64,000 nt of DNA. Source: a virus. The stretch's first letter is position 1. Every line of letters starts with the position of its first letter. Below, piece by piece: positions 47,986 to 56,786 of the stretch. The position numbers and the translations under genes are program-made. Under the pieces are notes generated by a model. The model saw nothing but the letters and a program-made list of their open reading frames with translations, searched no databases and was not told the DNA's origin. The stretch is taken from IMG/VR virus record IMGVR_UViG_3300027244_000003, one strand, 5' to 3'.

Positions 47986-48573
47986 ATGGAAATGATTAAT
48001 CTACGCAAAGCAAATGCGTTGCAAAGCGAGATCCGTAAAGCGATCTCTAGTTCTGGTGTTAGCGATACTGCTACCATCACTGAGTACACCAAAGATATTG
48101 CTGGTGGTCTTGAGAAAGCAATGGCAGATTATGCCACTGATGTTACTCGTAAGGTAGCATTGAACACTGCGTTGTTTAACATTCGTAAAAGTGTTGCTCA
48201 AGCAAATGCCAACAATGGTATTAGCGATATCCTCGCTGATGTTGAGTTGATCGATGCCAAGATCACAGTTTATAGCGCAGTTGCTACCAAAGCAGTTGCC
48301 AAAACTCTTGATGAGATCAATGCTCGTATCGAGAAGATGAAAACTGCACCAACTGATGCTACTGGTCGCAGTGCTATCTATGGCGATCGTTACAACACAG
48401 TGGAAACATCTGTTGTTGAGCAAAGCACTATTGATGCTGCCAAACAAATCGTAAAGCAATTGAAGCGTGAGAAACAAACTCTTCAAGATAAGTTGTTGGC
48501 TCTGAATGTCAACAGCATGATTGGTATCGATAATGTTGACGAGATGGTATTGAAGATAGAAGGTATTCTGTAA
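47986..48573 (+). CDS. Helical coiled-coil protein within the tRNA array (DIP1984/DUF6847-like, tentative)
   Basis: GAAAGG SD then ATG 47986; INLRKANALQ...LKREKQTLQDKLLALN. Confidence 0.7.
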   Translation: MEMINLRKANALQSEIRKAISSSGVSDTATITEYTKDIAGGLEKAMADYATDVTRKVALNTALFNIRKSVAQANANNGISDILADVELIDAKITVYSAVATKAVAKTLDEINARIEKMKTAPTDATGRSAIYGDRYNTVETSVVEQSTIDAAKQIVKQLKREKQTLQDKLLALNVNSMIGIDNVDEMVLKIEGIL

Positions 48574-48579
48574 AGTTTA

Positions 48580-48831
48580 GAGGGACAATGCGAATACGAG
48601 AGCAGATGGATAGTTGCAAAAACTAATATCCTACAAAGATATTGGATCAGGTCTTGAAAACCCTATTCCGAACATCGTGCCCAAACTTATAGTGTTATGC
48701 TCCACGTTTATACTTGACTGTTATAGTCGCTGCTTGTTGCTACGTGGATAAACTCTTGTGGGCTGTTTTTTGAATGTTGCGTGTTGCATATTGCATCGCG
48801 ACTATTCGCTTGAATTGAAACATTGTTCCTC
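48580..48831 (+). ncRNA. Unassigned structured RNA (~250 nt) directly after the coiled-coil gene
   Basis: Terminal helix GAGGGACAATG/CATTGTTCCTC, then GCGAATA/TATTCGC; heptamer repeats TGTTGCG-TGTTGCA-TATTGCA. Confidence 0.55.
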
Positions 48832-48853
48832 GCCTTATTATAAGTAGTTCTGT

Positions 48854-48929
48854 TGCGGGAAGGGTCTGGTCACCAGCGAGGTCTCATAAGCCTTTGCCAT
48901 CCTTGGTTCGAATCCAAGTCCCGCTACCA
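48854..48929 (+). tRNA. tRNA-CAT, probably initiator fMet
   Basis: Loop CTCATAA, unpaired 1:72, GCGGG acceptor, shortened D arm, CCA. Confidence 0.7.
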
Positions 48930-48933
48930 AAAT

Positions 48934-49010
48934 GCCCCGATGACGGAATTGGTATACGTGTTGGTCTTAGAAGCCAAATTTTGCGAGTTCGAGTCTCGCT
49001 TGGGGCACCA
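48934..49010 (+). tRNA. tRNA-Leu(TAG)
   Basis: TTGGT-CTTAGAA-GCCAA; short variable region; CCA. Confidence 0.85.
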
Positions 49011-49016
49011 AATTTC

Positions 49017-49091
49017 GGTGATGTAGCACAACGGTAGTGCAACTCCTTCATACGGAGTAGGTTAGTGGCTCGATTCCACTCATCACCACCA
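49017..49091 (+). tRNA. tRNA-Met(CAT), probably elongator
   Basis: ACTCC-TTCATAC-GGAGT, CCA. Confidence 0.8.
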
Positions 49092-49108
49092 CATAAGTAG
49101 TTAAGTTC

Positions 49109-49182
49109 GGGGGATTAGTATAATGGGATTACGGCAGCTTTGCAAGCTGTTTATGAGAGTTCGATTCTCTCATCCTCCACCA
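49109..49182 (+). tRNA. tRNA-Ala(TGC)
   Basis: GCAGC-TTTGCAA-GCTGT, G3:U70, CCA. Confidence 0.9.
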
Positions 49183-49186
49183 ATGT

Positions 49187-49260
49187 ATCTCGATGGTGTA
49201 ATGGCAGCATAGCAGTCTCCAAAACTGTTGGTTGGGGTTCGAGTCCCTATCGGGATGCCA
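49187..49260 (+). tRNA. tRNA-Trp(CCA)
   Basis: GCAGT-CTCCAAA-ACTGT, GCCA. Confidence 0.9.
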
Positions 49261-49267
49261 AGTTTTT

Positions 49268-49341
49268 GCAGGGTTAGTTTAATGGTAAAACAGCAGATTT
49301 CCAATCTTCGGTTGAGAGTTCGATTCTCTCACTCTGCTCCA
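49268..49341 (+). tRNA. tRNA-Gly(TCC)
   Basis: Loop TTTCCAA, U73, CCA. Confidence 0.9.
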
Positions 49342-49372
49342 AGTTTTTAATGAGGTAAGAAAAGAGGTAGTT

Positions 49373-49846
49373 ATGCGTAAAGCAATCAACATAGATGAAG
49401 TCAGAGATTTCATCTTGGCACAGACTCCAGAAACCAAGATCTATATTGGTGGTGACTCTGAAAGATTCTTAATAGGAAAAGATTGGTACGCAGATTACAT
49501 TATGGTTGTTGTTGTTCACATCAATGGAAACAATGGCTGTAAGATTTTTGGTGAAGTACAACGTGAACGTGACTGGGATAAGAAACGAGACAAGCCACGT
49601 ATGCGTTTAATGAACGAAGTTTATAAAATTGCAGAGTTGTATCTAAAGTTGCATGATATATTAGAAGATCGTGAAGTGCAAGTTCATCTGGACATCAATC
49701 CAAATGAAATGCATGGTTCTTCTTGTGTTATCAATGAAGCAGTTGGTTACATCAAAGGTATGTGTAACGTAGTACCAATGGTAAAGCCAAGAGCATTTGC
49801 TGCTTCATACGCTGCAGATAGATATAAGTCGTACATGGCTGCATAG
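49373..49846 (+). CDS. RNase H-like YkuK/DUF458 family protein
   Basis: IYIGGDS, RLMNEV, VHLDIN, VKP.AFAASYAADR. Confidence 0.8.
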   Translation: MRKAINIDEVRDFILAQTPETKIYIGGDSERFLIGKDWYADYIMVVVVHINGNNGCKIFGEVQRERDWDKKRDKPRMRLMNEVYKIAELYLKLHDILEDREVQVHLDINPNEMHGSSCVINEAVGYIKGMCNVVPMVKPRAFAASYAADRYKSYMAA

Positions 49847-49847
49847 T

Positions 49848-49922
49848 GCAGGATTAATTCAGTGGTAGAATGTCACGTTGCCAACGTGAATGTCATCGGT
49901 TCGAATCCGATATCCTGCTCCA
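49848..49922 (+). tRNA. tRNA-Gly(GCC)
   Basis: TCACG-TTGCCAA-CGTGA, U73, CCA. Confidence 0.9.
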
Positions 49923-49944
49923 AGAGCACATAAGTAGTTATATC

Positions 49945-50020
49945 GCCCTCATAGCTCATTTGGTAGAGCATCTGTTTAGTAATCAGAAGGTGGTCAGTTC
50001 GAAACCGACTGAGGGCACCA
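49945..50020 (+). tRNA. tRNA-Thr(AGT)
   Basis: TCTGT-TTAGTAA-TCAGA; GCC acceptor like the Thr(TGT) copy; CCA. Confidence 0.8.
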
Positions 50021-50033
50021 AATTGAATAGATT

Positions 50034-50216
50034 ATGTTATTTCCAAAAAAAAATAAACGCAGTAGATGGTTTGTGCTTTTAGCCAAAGCACTCGGAGAAA
50101 AGATAGGCAATACAGATGAGGAAGCTGATCGTGTTGCCTACATTCGTATTTGCATTGTTGCTATTTACATAATTGCAAACATCTTTATTATAGCAGGTGT
50201 GATCAGACATTGGTAA
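50034..50216 (+). CDS. Small membrane protein
   Basis: AKALGEK...EADRVA.IR...IIAGVIRHW. Confidence 0.6.
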   Translation: MLFPKKNKRSRWFVLLAKALGEKIGNTDEEADRVAYIRICIVAIYIIANIFIIAGVIRHW

Positions 50217-50221
50217 ATAAT

Positions 50222-50779
50222 ATGAGTATTTTCTTAGGCATAACCATATACCAATCTACTATATCTGATGACTTCTATAGTTTTTTGTTGAAGGAATATG
50301 ACAACTTACAATCATACGAGAAACTGTATCAGAATGAGAATTTCTGGGGTGGATCTGATTATAGATTCGTTAAAGATTCTACAAGAGATTACATACAGAG
50401 TAATCTAATTACTCATGTAAAACATTATATTAATACAATTAATGTTTCTTTGCGTGATCAATGGATCAACATTCAAGCACATGACGGATACCTACCAACA
50501 CATAATCATACTGGTAATATTTCATATGTAATATACCTGAAAGTTCCAGATTACCTCAAAAACTATAAAGATAAACTACCCAACGATATAGGATATTCAG
50601 AAGGTGCGATACAATTTAATTATGGACATGAGACTTCTTTATTTCCCTGTAATACTATGATAAAACCAGAAGAGAAAATGATTCTTATGTTTCCTTCTGA
50701 GTTGCAGCATTATGTTTATCCATTTAGAGATAGAGAAAGTTTACGTGTATCTATTTCAGGAAATTTAGATTTATTATAA
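50222..50779 (+). CDS. 2OG-Fe(II) oxygenase-like (HxH type)
   Basis: WIN...P.HNH, SYVIYL, FPS.L.H.V.P, RVSISGN. Confidence 0.75.
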   Translation: MSIFLGITIYQSTISDDFYSFLLKEYDNLQSYEKLYQNENFWGGSDYRFVKDSTRDYIQSNLITHVKHYINTINVSLRDQWINIQAHDGYLPTHNHTGNISYVIYLKVPDYLKNYKDKLPNDIGYSEGAIQFNYGHETSLFPCNTMIKPEEKMILMFPSELQHYVYPFRDRESLRVSISGNLDLL

Positions 50780-51369
50780 TGGATATAGTAGAAAACTTTA
50801 TCTACACTGAAATGTTAGATCATGATTTGCATACGCAGAGGAAGACTGCACACTACATGCAAAATTATATAAACAATGAGTTTAGTGATGGAAGAGAATT
50901 CAATGGGCAAGTAACCCTATCAACAAAGTTGTTCGACAAGTACAACTATCTAATGTATCCACTTCCAGGTATATACCAACTCTACAGTTCTATTAAAAAC
51001 GTATTCCATAAAGTAAATGATGGATTGTACGAGGACTATTTCATTCAGTGTTGGTTAAATTTTTACTACAAAGGTGACTTCATTGATTGGCATGGACATT
51101 GGCCAACTGAAGCAGAATCATGGCATGGATTCTATTGTTTAGATGTAGAGCCAGAATCATACACAGAATATAAGTTAGAAGATAAACTTATTAAAGTTCC
51201 AAGTAAAGATAACCTACTCGTTATAAGTAGAAGTGGAAGAGATGTCCACAAATCATCCGAATGGACTGAAGATCGACCAAGAATAACAATAGCATTTGAC
51301 ATAGTACCAGCAGAGAAATTGTTTGACGTTGGTGCATATCGCAATCCGAATCACTGGATACCGATTTGA
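50779..51369 (+). CDS. 2OG-Fe(II) oxygenase-like
   Basis: WLN...WHGH...H...RITIAFD. Confidence 0.7.
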   Translation: MDIVENFIYTEMLDHDLHTQRKTAHYMQNYINNEFSDGREFNGQVTLSTKLFDKYNYLMYPLPGIYQLYSSIKNVFHKVNDGLYEDYFIQCWLNFYYKGDFIDWHGHWPTEAESWHGFYCLDVEPESYTEYKLEDKLIKVPSKDNLLVISRSGRDVHKSSEWTEDRPRITIAFDIVPAEKLFDVGAYRNPNHWIPI

Positions 51370-51971
51370 TTAAAATTTTAGATAATTTTTATAGTAACGT
51401 AGACTATGTTCTTTCTCTTTCTACTGATGCATGTAGAAAGAGAGGATGTGGTGCAGGACTAAGAAGTGAATCTTTAGAAACTCTTGACAAACATTTATAC
51501 GATACATTTTGTAGTGCAATATACTCTATGCATGGTATAGATGGCAGAAAAGTTATGATGACTACTTATTTTACTGAGCATGTTTACAATCCAGAAAAGA
51601 ATGCAGGTTTAATTCATATAGATGGTAGAAACCCCAATGCATGCGATGTAACATTACGTGATTATAGATTGATTTTAGGTGGACAGATTTTCTTAACTCC
51701 TACGAATGATTTAGATACAGGTATAAAATTCTATAATGTCAATCAATCAGCTGGTTGGACTGAAGAAGAAGAATTTGATATGACATTGAATAAGTGTTAT
51801 ACATTTGACAAACAACAATTAGAAGAGTATAATAGAAATTTCTACGAGATAGCAGAAGCCAAGAATATACAAAATAGAATGGTTTCTTGGACTGCTGGAA
51901 TTAAATACAGATCTAAGATGACAGAGAAACAACAAAATAGAATTATTCAGAATTTTTATATTTCTACATGA
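51366..51971 (+). CDS. 2OG-Fe(II) oxygenase-like (distal His apparently lost)
   Basis: ILDNFY, IHID, IFLTP, GIKFY, NRMV, RIIQNF. Confidence 0.55.
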   Translation: MIKILDNFYSNVDYVLSLSTDACRKRGCGAGLRSESLETLDKHLYDTFCSAIYSMHGIDGRKVMMTTYFTEHVYNPEKNAGLIHIDGRNPNACDVTLRDYRLILGGQIFLTPTNDLDTGIKFYNVNQSAGWTEEEEFDMTLNKCYTFDKQQLEEYNRNFYEIAEAKNIQNRMVSWTAGIKYRSKMTEKQQNRIIQNFYIST

Positions 51972-52441
51972 ACAAAGAGTACATAACTGCTGCATTGTAT
52001 AAATGGATAGAGTCTTTCTTAGAAAAACCAAATTCATTATTAGACAATTGGTCTCCATGTCCATATGCACGCAAGGCTAGGTTAGATAAAAAGATCTATA
52101 TCGATTTTGAAGTTCCAAATATTTACAAGATTGTCTCTCTCTTAGATACGTATGATGTTTTAGTTATTTGTTACGATCATACTAAGATAACTTCTTCTCA
52201 ATTTAACAGTTATGCTAAAAACCTTAATACAGAATTGATACCAAAAAATTATGTAGTGTTGGAAGATCACCCAGACGCAGTAGAAATTATCAATGGTGTG
52301 ACGATGAATTTTGGAGAATGTGCTTTATTATTGATACAGAAACGAGATGCACTGAAGATCGCATCGGATAAGTTGAAGAGTAAAGGATATTACAAACTCT
52401 GGAGTCCCGAAGATTTAAATGAAGTGGTTAACTGGCGATGA
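51968..52441 (+). CDS. DUF1415-like protein
   Basis: WI..F...PCPYARKA, EDHP. Confidence 0.55.
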   Translation: MNKEYITAALYKWIESFLEKPNSLLDNWSPCPYARKARLDKKIYIDFEVPNIYKIVSLLDTYDVLVICYDHTKITSSQFNSYAKNLNTELIPKNYVVLEDHPDAVEIINGVTMNFGECALLLIQKRDALKIASDKLKSKGYYKLWSPEDLNEVVNWR

Positions 52442-52857
52442 AATTTTGTAGAATTGATTTAGATAAAACCAATTATTTAAAACTTGATAACTGGTATATG
52501 CATAGTGAATCGATTGCTGAGTATAATAGAATATACAAAGAATATTGCACCCACAAGAATTTTGCTAGCGTGTGGCGAATATTCGATAGTCAGTATAATG
52601 ATGCTAATATTGAAATGATATGTTACTATGATAGTGGAAAGTTTGTCGCATGGGATATGATTCGATTGCACGATAGGGATAACGCTGAAACAATTGAATT
52701 TGCATGGGACTATAAAAATCCAGATCTTAAACTAGGAATAGAAAGTTTAAAGAATGCATGTGCCATGTATAAAGAGAGAGGATACAAATATCTTTATCTT
52801 GGTGAAGCAGCAAAGTATAAACAAATAGATGGCTATGAAGAACTAGGGAAATTATAA
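52438..52857 (+). CDS. GNAT-fold protein resembling the C-terminal domain of arginyl/leucyl-tRNA-protein transferase
   Basis: YY..GK.VA...WDY..P.LKLG..SL......K..GYKYLYLG. Confidence 0.5.
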   Translation: MKFCRIDLDKTNYLKLDNWYMHSESIAEYNRIYKEYCTHKNFASVWRIFDSQYNDANIEMICYYDSGKFVAWDMIRLHDRDNAETIEFAWDYKNPDLKLGIESLKNACAMYKERGYKYLYLGEAAKYKQIDGYEELGKL

Positions 52858-53978
52858 TGTATTCTGTGTATCAACATTGGGATCCACTGCGCACCTGTTT
52901 GGTTGGCAGATCTTATTCACCACAATTCTATTCCTTCATCAAGAATCCTCGAGTGCGAACAGTGATGGAGCGTATTGCTGAAGAGACTGAAGAAGATTAT
53001 CAATCACTGATATATTTGTTAGAGAAATTTGGTGTTAAAGTTATTCGCCCAAACCTAAGCGATGACTATAGAACATATATGCATAATGGTAAAATATTAC
53101 CACCACCAATGTGTCCAAGAGATTGGACTATCATGCTTGGCGATAAGTTCTATTACAAATCTCAATTCATCCAATCAACGCATGAAGATGGATTTAATAA
53201 AAATTACTTTAGTGCCACTGATATAATGTGGGATGAAGCATTAACTCACATTAATCAGCAAGGCAACAAAATTATTAATGACATCAGAGTTGTCAATCCT
53301 CCGAAAGATCCTTCGTTATTGTATTGGTTTAACTCAGCATCTACTACACGTATTGGTAAAGATCTATACTTTGGAACGAATGGTGGATGGTGGAATAAAG
53401 ACAAAGTACTTGATAGATTTAAAGATCAAGCACTTGATACACTAAAGAAAAACTACCAAGACCAATTTCCAGATTATCGTTGCCATGTTATTGATACCGA
53501 AGGACATGCCGATGGAACATTCTGTCCTGTAGTCCCTGGACTTATCGTTAGTCTCTGCGATATACCAACATACAAAGATACATTCCCTGATTGGGAAGTT
53601 ATCTATCTCAAAGATCAAGGATGGAATAAAATAAAACCATTTCTGGAGTTGAAGAATAAGAATAGAGGTAAGTGGTGGGTTCCAGGAGAAGAATTAAACG
53701 ATGAGTTTACAGAGTTTGTAGAATCATGGCTTGGTCATTGGGTTGGCTACGTAGAAGAAAGTATGTTCGATGTTAACATGCTTGTTATTGATGAAAAAAA
53801 TGTTGCATGCTCTGGATATAGTGATGAAGTATTCAATGCATTTAGCAAACGTGGTATCACTCCACATCTTGTTAACTTCAGACATCGTTACTTCTGGGAT
53901 GGTGGACTTCACTGTATCACTTCAGACATAAGTAGAGAAGGAACACTAAAAGATTATTTCCCTGAGAGATCGTTATGA
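52857..53978 (+). CDS. Amidinotransferase (glycine/inosamine-phosphate type)
   Basis: WDPL....VG, PRD, GHADG, DVNML, GGLHCIT. Confidence 0.8.
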   Translation: MYSVYQHWDPLRTCLVGRSYSPQFYSFIKNPRVRTVMERIAEETEEDYQSLIYLLEKFGVKVIRPNLSDDYRTYMHNGKILPPPMCPRDWTIMLGDKFYYKSQFIQSTHEDGFNKNYFSATDIMWDEALTHINQQGNKIINDIRVVNPPKDPSLLYWFNSASTTRIGKDLYFGTNGGWWNKDKVLDRFKDQALDTLKKNYQDQFPDYRCHVIDTEGHADGTFCPVVPGLIVSLCDIPTYKDTFPDWEVIYLKDQGWNKIKPFLELKNKNRGKWWVPGEELNDEFTEFVESWLGHWVGYVEESMFDVNMLVIDEKNVACSGYSDEVFNAFSKRGITPHLVNFRHRYFWDGGLHCITSDISREGTLKDYFPERSL

Positions 53979-54703
53979 AAACATATTCAGTTGAATCGTA
54001 TGATGATTTAATACCAGATGACATTCGTTGGAGAGTCTGGGATTACATACAAAATCAAACCTTCCATGCTACTCGCAAGGATGTCAGTTATCCAGACGTT
54101 GGTTCTGTGATATACTACAAACCAATAGACAACAAAAAAGAATACATGGATGAGAGTGTTCCATCAGTGAACAATCAGTATATGCATCGTTGCGTATTTG
54201 GACTACGTGGTGAAGGACATCCAGTCATTCAAGAATTGTGGGCTAGTATAAATTCCAACTTTGGTAATCAGTTCGTTATCGATGGTGATACAGAAGGAAT
54301 GGCTGATCCAAAGTTGAGACCGAATGCATACTCACTATGCTATGTGAACGCACAACCATCAGAGACAATCAAACGATCTCATGCAATACATAGAGATACA
54401 ATTGACCTGCAACAAGAAAAACACTATACTATACTCTACATGGCCAATCTGCAATGGTATCCAACATGGATGGCAGAGAATGTATTCTATGCAGATGACG
54501 AGAGCACTGGTGACACACAACAGTTCCAAAGAGGATTCGGACAATCCAGAGAATTCAATGTCGGTTATCCATATGCAATAGTGTCACCAGTCGCAGGACG
54601 TGTGGTAATATATGATGGAAGAGCAATGCATACAACAAAACCAACTGCACCATGGGCAGAACAAATGCGTTACGCAGTAGTATTCAGAGTGAGAAAGAAA
54701 TGA
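53975..54703 (+). CDS. 2OG-Fe(II) oxygenase
   Basis: IHRD, TILY.AN..W, GRVVIYDG...H, RYAVVF. Confidence 0.75.
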   Translation: MKTYSVESYDDLIPDDIRWRVWDYIQNQTFHATRKDVSYPDVGSVIYYKPIDNKKEYMDESVPSVNNQYMHRCVFGLRGEGHPVIQELWASINSNFGNQFVIDGDTEGMADPKLRPNAYSLCYVNAQPSETIKRSHAIHRDTIDLQQEKHYTILYMANLQWYPTWMAENVFYADDESTGDTQQFQRGFGQSREFNVGYPYAIVSPVAGRVVIYDGRAMHTTKPTAPWAEQMRYAVVFRVRKK

Positions 54704-55392
54704 ACGAAGATCAAATGTCACCAGTCAAAAAGACTGTCCTACAATGTGATGGTCAAGAAACTATCCATGAGTTGTGGTCAACACCAATTGGTGTATCACG
54801 TCCATTTACACAAGACTTCATTGAGAAATTAAAAGAAGATGTATTCAAGTATGTCCTTCCACGTGCTCAGAAGAATAGTGTAAACGTCTGGGATCTACCA
54901 GACCTACCAGATACGATGATGGAAGTGCAGAAAAAGAAATTAGAGTTGGCAGAGAAAACTCTGACATTACATTCTGAGATGCCACTACCACCTATGCGCA
55001 TTGCCAAGGGTTACTTCAGACACATTCTTCCGAATGCAGAATATCGTATTACTCCACACCAGCATGGTTCAACTCTTGGTGTTGGTGTATTCTATATTAA
55101 ATTACAAAATGCAAATCCAGGTAATATGGTATTCATTGATCCACGTGGTGGAGTCAATTGGTCAAATCAGTTTAGCCCATTTAAACGTCTAAGATTAGAA
55201 GAAGGTATGATGGTGGTGAGTCCAGGATATCTAATTCATTACATTGAACCAACTGACTATCAAAAACCAGTCTATCAAGAGCGAGTGCTGATTGTATCAA
55301 ACATACATAGAATGTATGAGGACTGGATCAAGATTCTTGAGAATCAAGATAACGAGAAAATGATTAAGTTTATGGCAGGTAACGAAGGCTAA
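54700..55392 (+). CDS. 2OG-Fe(II) oxygenase-like (HxH type)
   Basis: PHQH, GVFY, GNMVF.DPR, HY.EP, R. Confidence 0.7.
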   Translation: MNEDQMSPVKKTVLQCDGQETIHELWSTPIGVSRPFTQDFIEKLKEDVFKYVLPRAQKNSVNVWDLPDLPDTMMEVQKKKLELAEKTLTLHSEMPLPPMRIAKGYFRHILPNAEYRITPHQHGSTLGVGVFYIKLQNANPGNMVFIDPRGGVNWSNQFSPFKRLRLEEGMMVVSPGYLIHYIEPTDYQKPVYQERVLIVSNIHRMYEDWIKILENQDNEKMIKFMAGNEG

Positions 55393-55395
55393 GAA

Positions 55396-55986
55396 ATGAA
55401 TGTTATAAAATATCCTGTGGGTGCATTTTATTTTAAAGTTTCTGTTGATGAACATCTTCAATACAAGCAAAGTTTTCTTTCTATGTTAGATAAACATCCT
55501 GAACCAACCGATATGGAAAAACAATTTTTTAGTAAAATAGATTGGATTTATAAAAACGATGAGCGAGAGTGGGCTACACTTATAGGTGGATTAATTAATA
55601 AGTATAATACACTTATTGGAGAAACTGTTGGATATTGTTGTCCAGAAATACATAATATATGGTTTCAACAATATAAAAAAAATAATATACACCCATGGCA
55701 TGTACATAGTGGACAGTTTGTTGGAGTTTATTATGTTGAATTACCAGATGATTGTCCAAAAACAGAGTTAGTGTGTCCTTGGGATAATAAAGTTATATCT
55801 GTTGATGTCAAAGAAGGAGATATTTTGATCTTTCCTTCTATGATCATACACAGAGCACCAGAAGTTATTAATGATTCTAGAAAAACTATTATATCTTGGA
55901 ATTTAGTTTACAACGAAATTATACCACCATTCACAGAAAAATTTAATGTTACACAAATAAAGATAAAGGATCCGATATATGACTGA
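55396..55986 (+). CDS. 2OG-Fe(II) oxygenase-like (HxH type)
   Basis: WFQQY...WHVH, EGD..IFPS...H, KTIISWN. Confidence 0.7.
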   Translation: MNVIKYPVGAFYFKVSVDEHLQYKQSFLSMLDKHPEPTDMEKQFFSKIDWIYKNDEREWATLIGGLINKYNTLIGETVGYCCPEIHNIWFQQYKKNNIHPWHVHSGQFVGVYYVELPDDCPKTELVCPWDNKVISVDVKEGDILIFPSMIIHRAPEVINDSRKTIISWNLVYNEIIPPFTEKFNVTQIKIKDPIYD

Positions 55987-56176
55987 TGAAATTAAACCAA
56001 TGACATTCGCAGATAAATGGCATGCAGAGAAACTCTTAAAGCGAGCGAAGAAAAAAGCCAGAAAACAACTTGAATCTAAAGGATTCAGCAAAAGCGAAGC
56101 GAATCGAGCAGTAAAAGGTGCTGTCAACAATATTGCCAACAAACCTGTTAAACGTGGATCTGGTCGTGGTGGATGA
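55979..56176 (+). CDS. Small basic protein
   Basis: Lys/Arg-rich, C-terminal RGSGRGG. Confidence 0.6.
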   Translation: MTDEIKPMTFADKWHAEKLLKRAKKKARKQLESKGFSKSEANRAVKGAVNNIANKPVKRGSGRGG

Positions 56177-56198
56177 TAGAAAATTATAGGGAATTAAC

Positions 56199-56786
56199 AT
56201 GATATTAGTGCTAGATGATGTGATGTCTAAAGAATATTCTGATAGTTTAGATAATTTTCCATATTGGTTAAAATTTTTCTATACTGAAAAGACAGTTTAT
56301 GCTGGTAATGAATATGAGATTTACCATGATGAGAACATTTTAGATTCTGGGCAATTATCAACACCACTTTATGTACTAAATGAGTATAAAGAAACCACTT
56401 ATGATATCATAACTCCAATACTCTATGTGATTAAACAAAAGGTTCCACAAATTAAATTTAATCATGAAGTTAGAGTGAAATATAATATAATACCTAAAAA
56501 CACAGATTTTACTCCATCTAATTACAATATACCACATCATGATGCTGTTAGCAATGCATATACTATAGTTTACTATTGTAATGATAGTGATGGTGATACA
56601 TTCCTGTTCAATGAATTCTACGATGGAAAGAATCCAGATAAACTCACCATCGCCAAGAGAATTGCACCGAAGAAAAACAGATGTGTTATATTTGAATCAA
56701 ATAGAATGCATGCATCATCCAGTCCAGTATACAGTAAAGACAGAAGAGTTATAAATTTTGTTATAGATGCCCATGCAAGTAATTGA
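56199..56786 (+). CDS. 2OG-Fe(II) oxygenase
   Basis: PHHD, YYCNDSDGDT, PKKNR..IF....HASS.P, RRVINF. Confidence 0.75.
   Translation: MILVLDDVMSKEYSDSLDNFPYWLKFFYTEKTVYAGNEYEIYHDENILDSGQLSTPLYVLNEYKETTYDIITPILYVIKQKVPQIKFNHEVRVKYNIIPKNTDFTPSNYNIPHHDAVSNAYTIVYYCNDSDGDTFLFNEFYDGKNPDKLTIAKRIAPKKNRCVIFESNRMHASSSPVYSKDRRVINFVIDAHASN

Noticed and set aside
45101-50020. Stop-codon recoding or suppressor tRNAs
   Set aside because: No CTA, TCA or TTA anticodon was found, and core genes are intact under the standard code with all three stops in use.
45663-50082. ORF-track entries overlapping the tRNA array (45663, 46004, 47418, 47515, 49870, and the 47896 start)
   Set aside because: They run through clear tRNA cloverleaves or structured spacers. 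The real start of the 47896 ORF is ATG 47986, after an SD.
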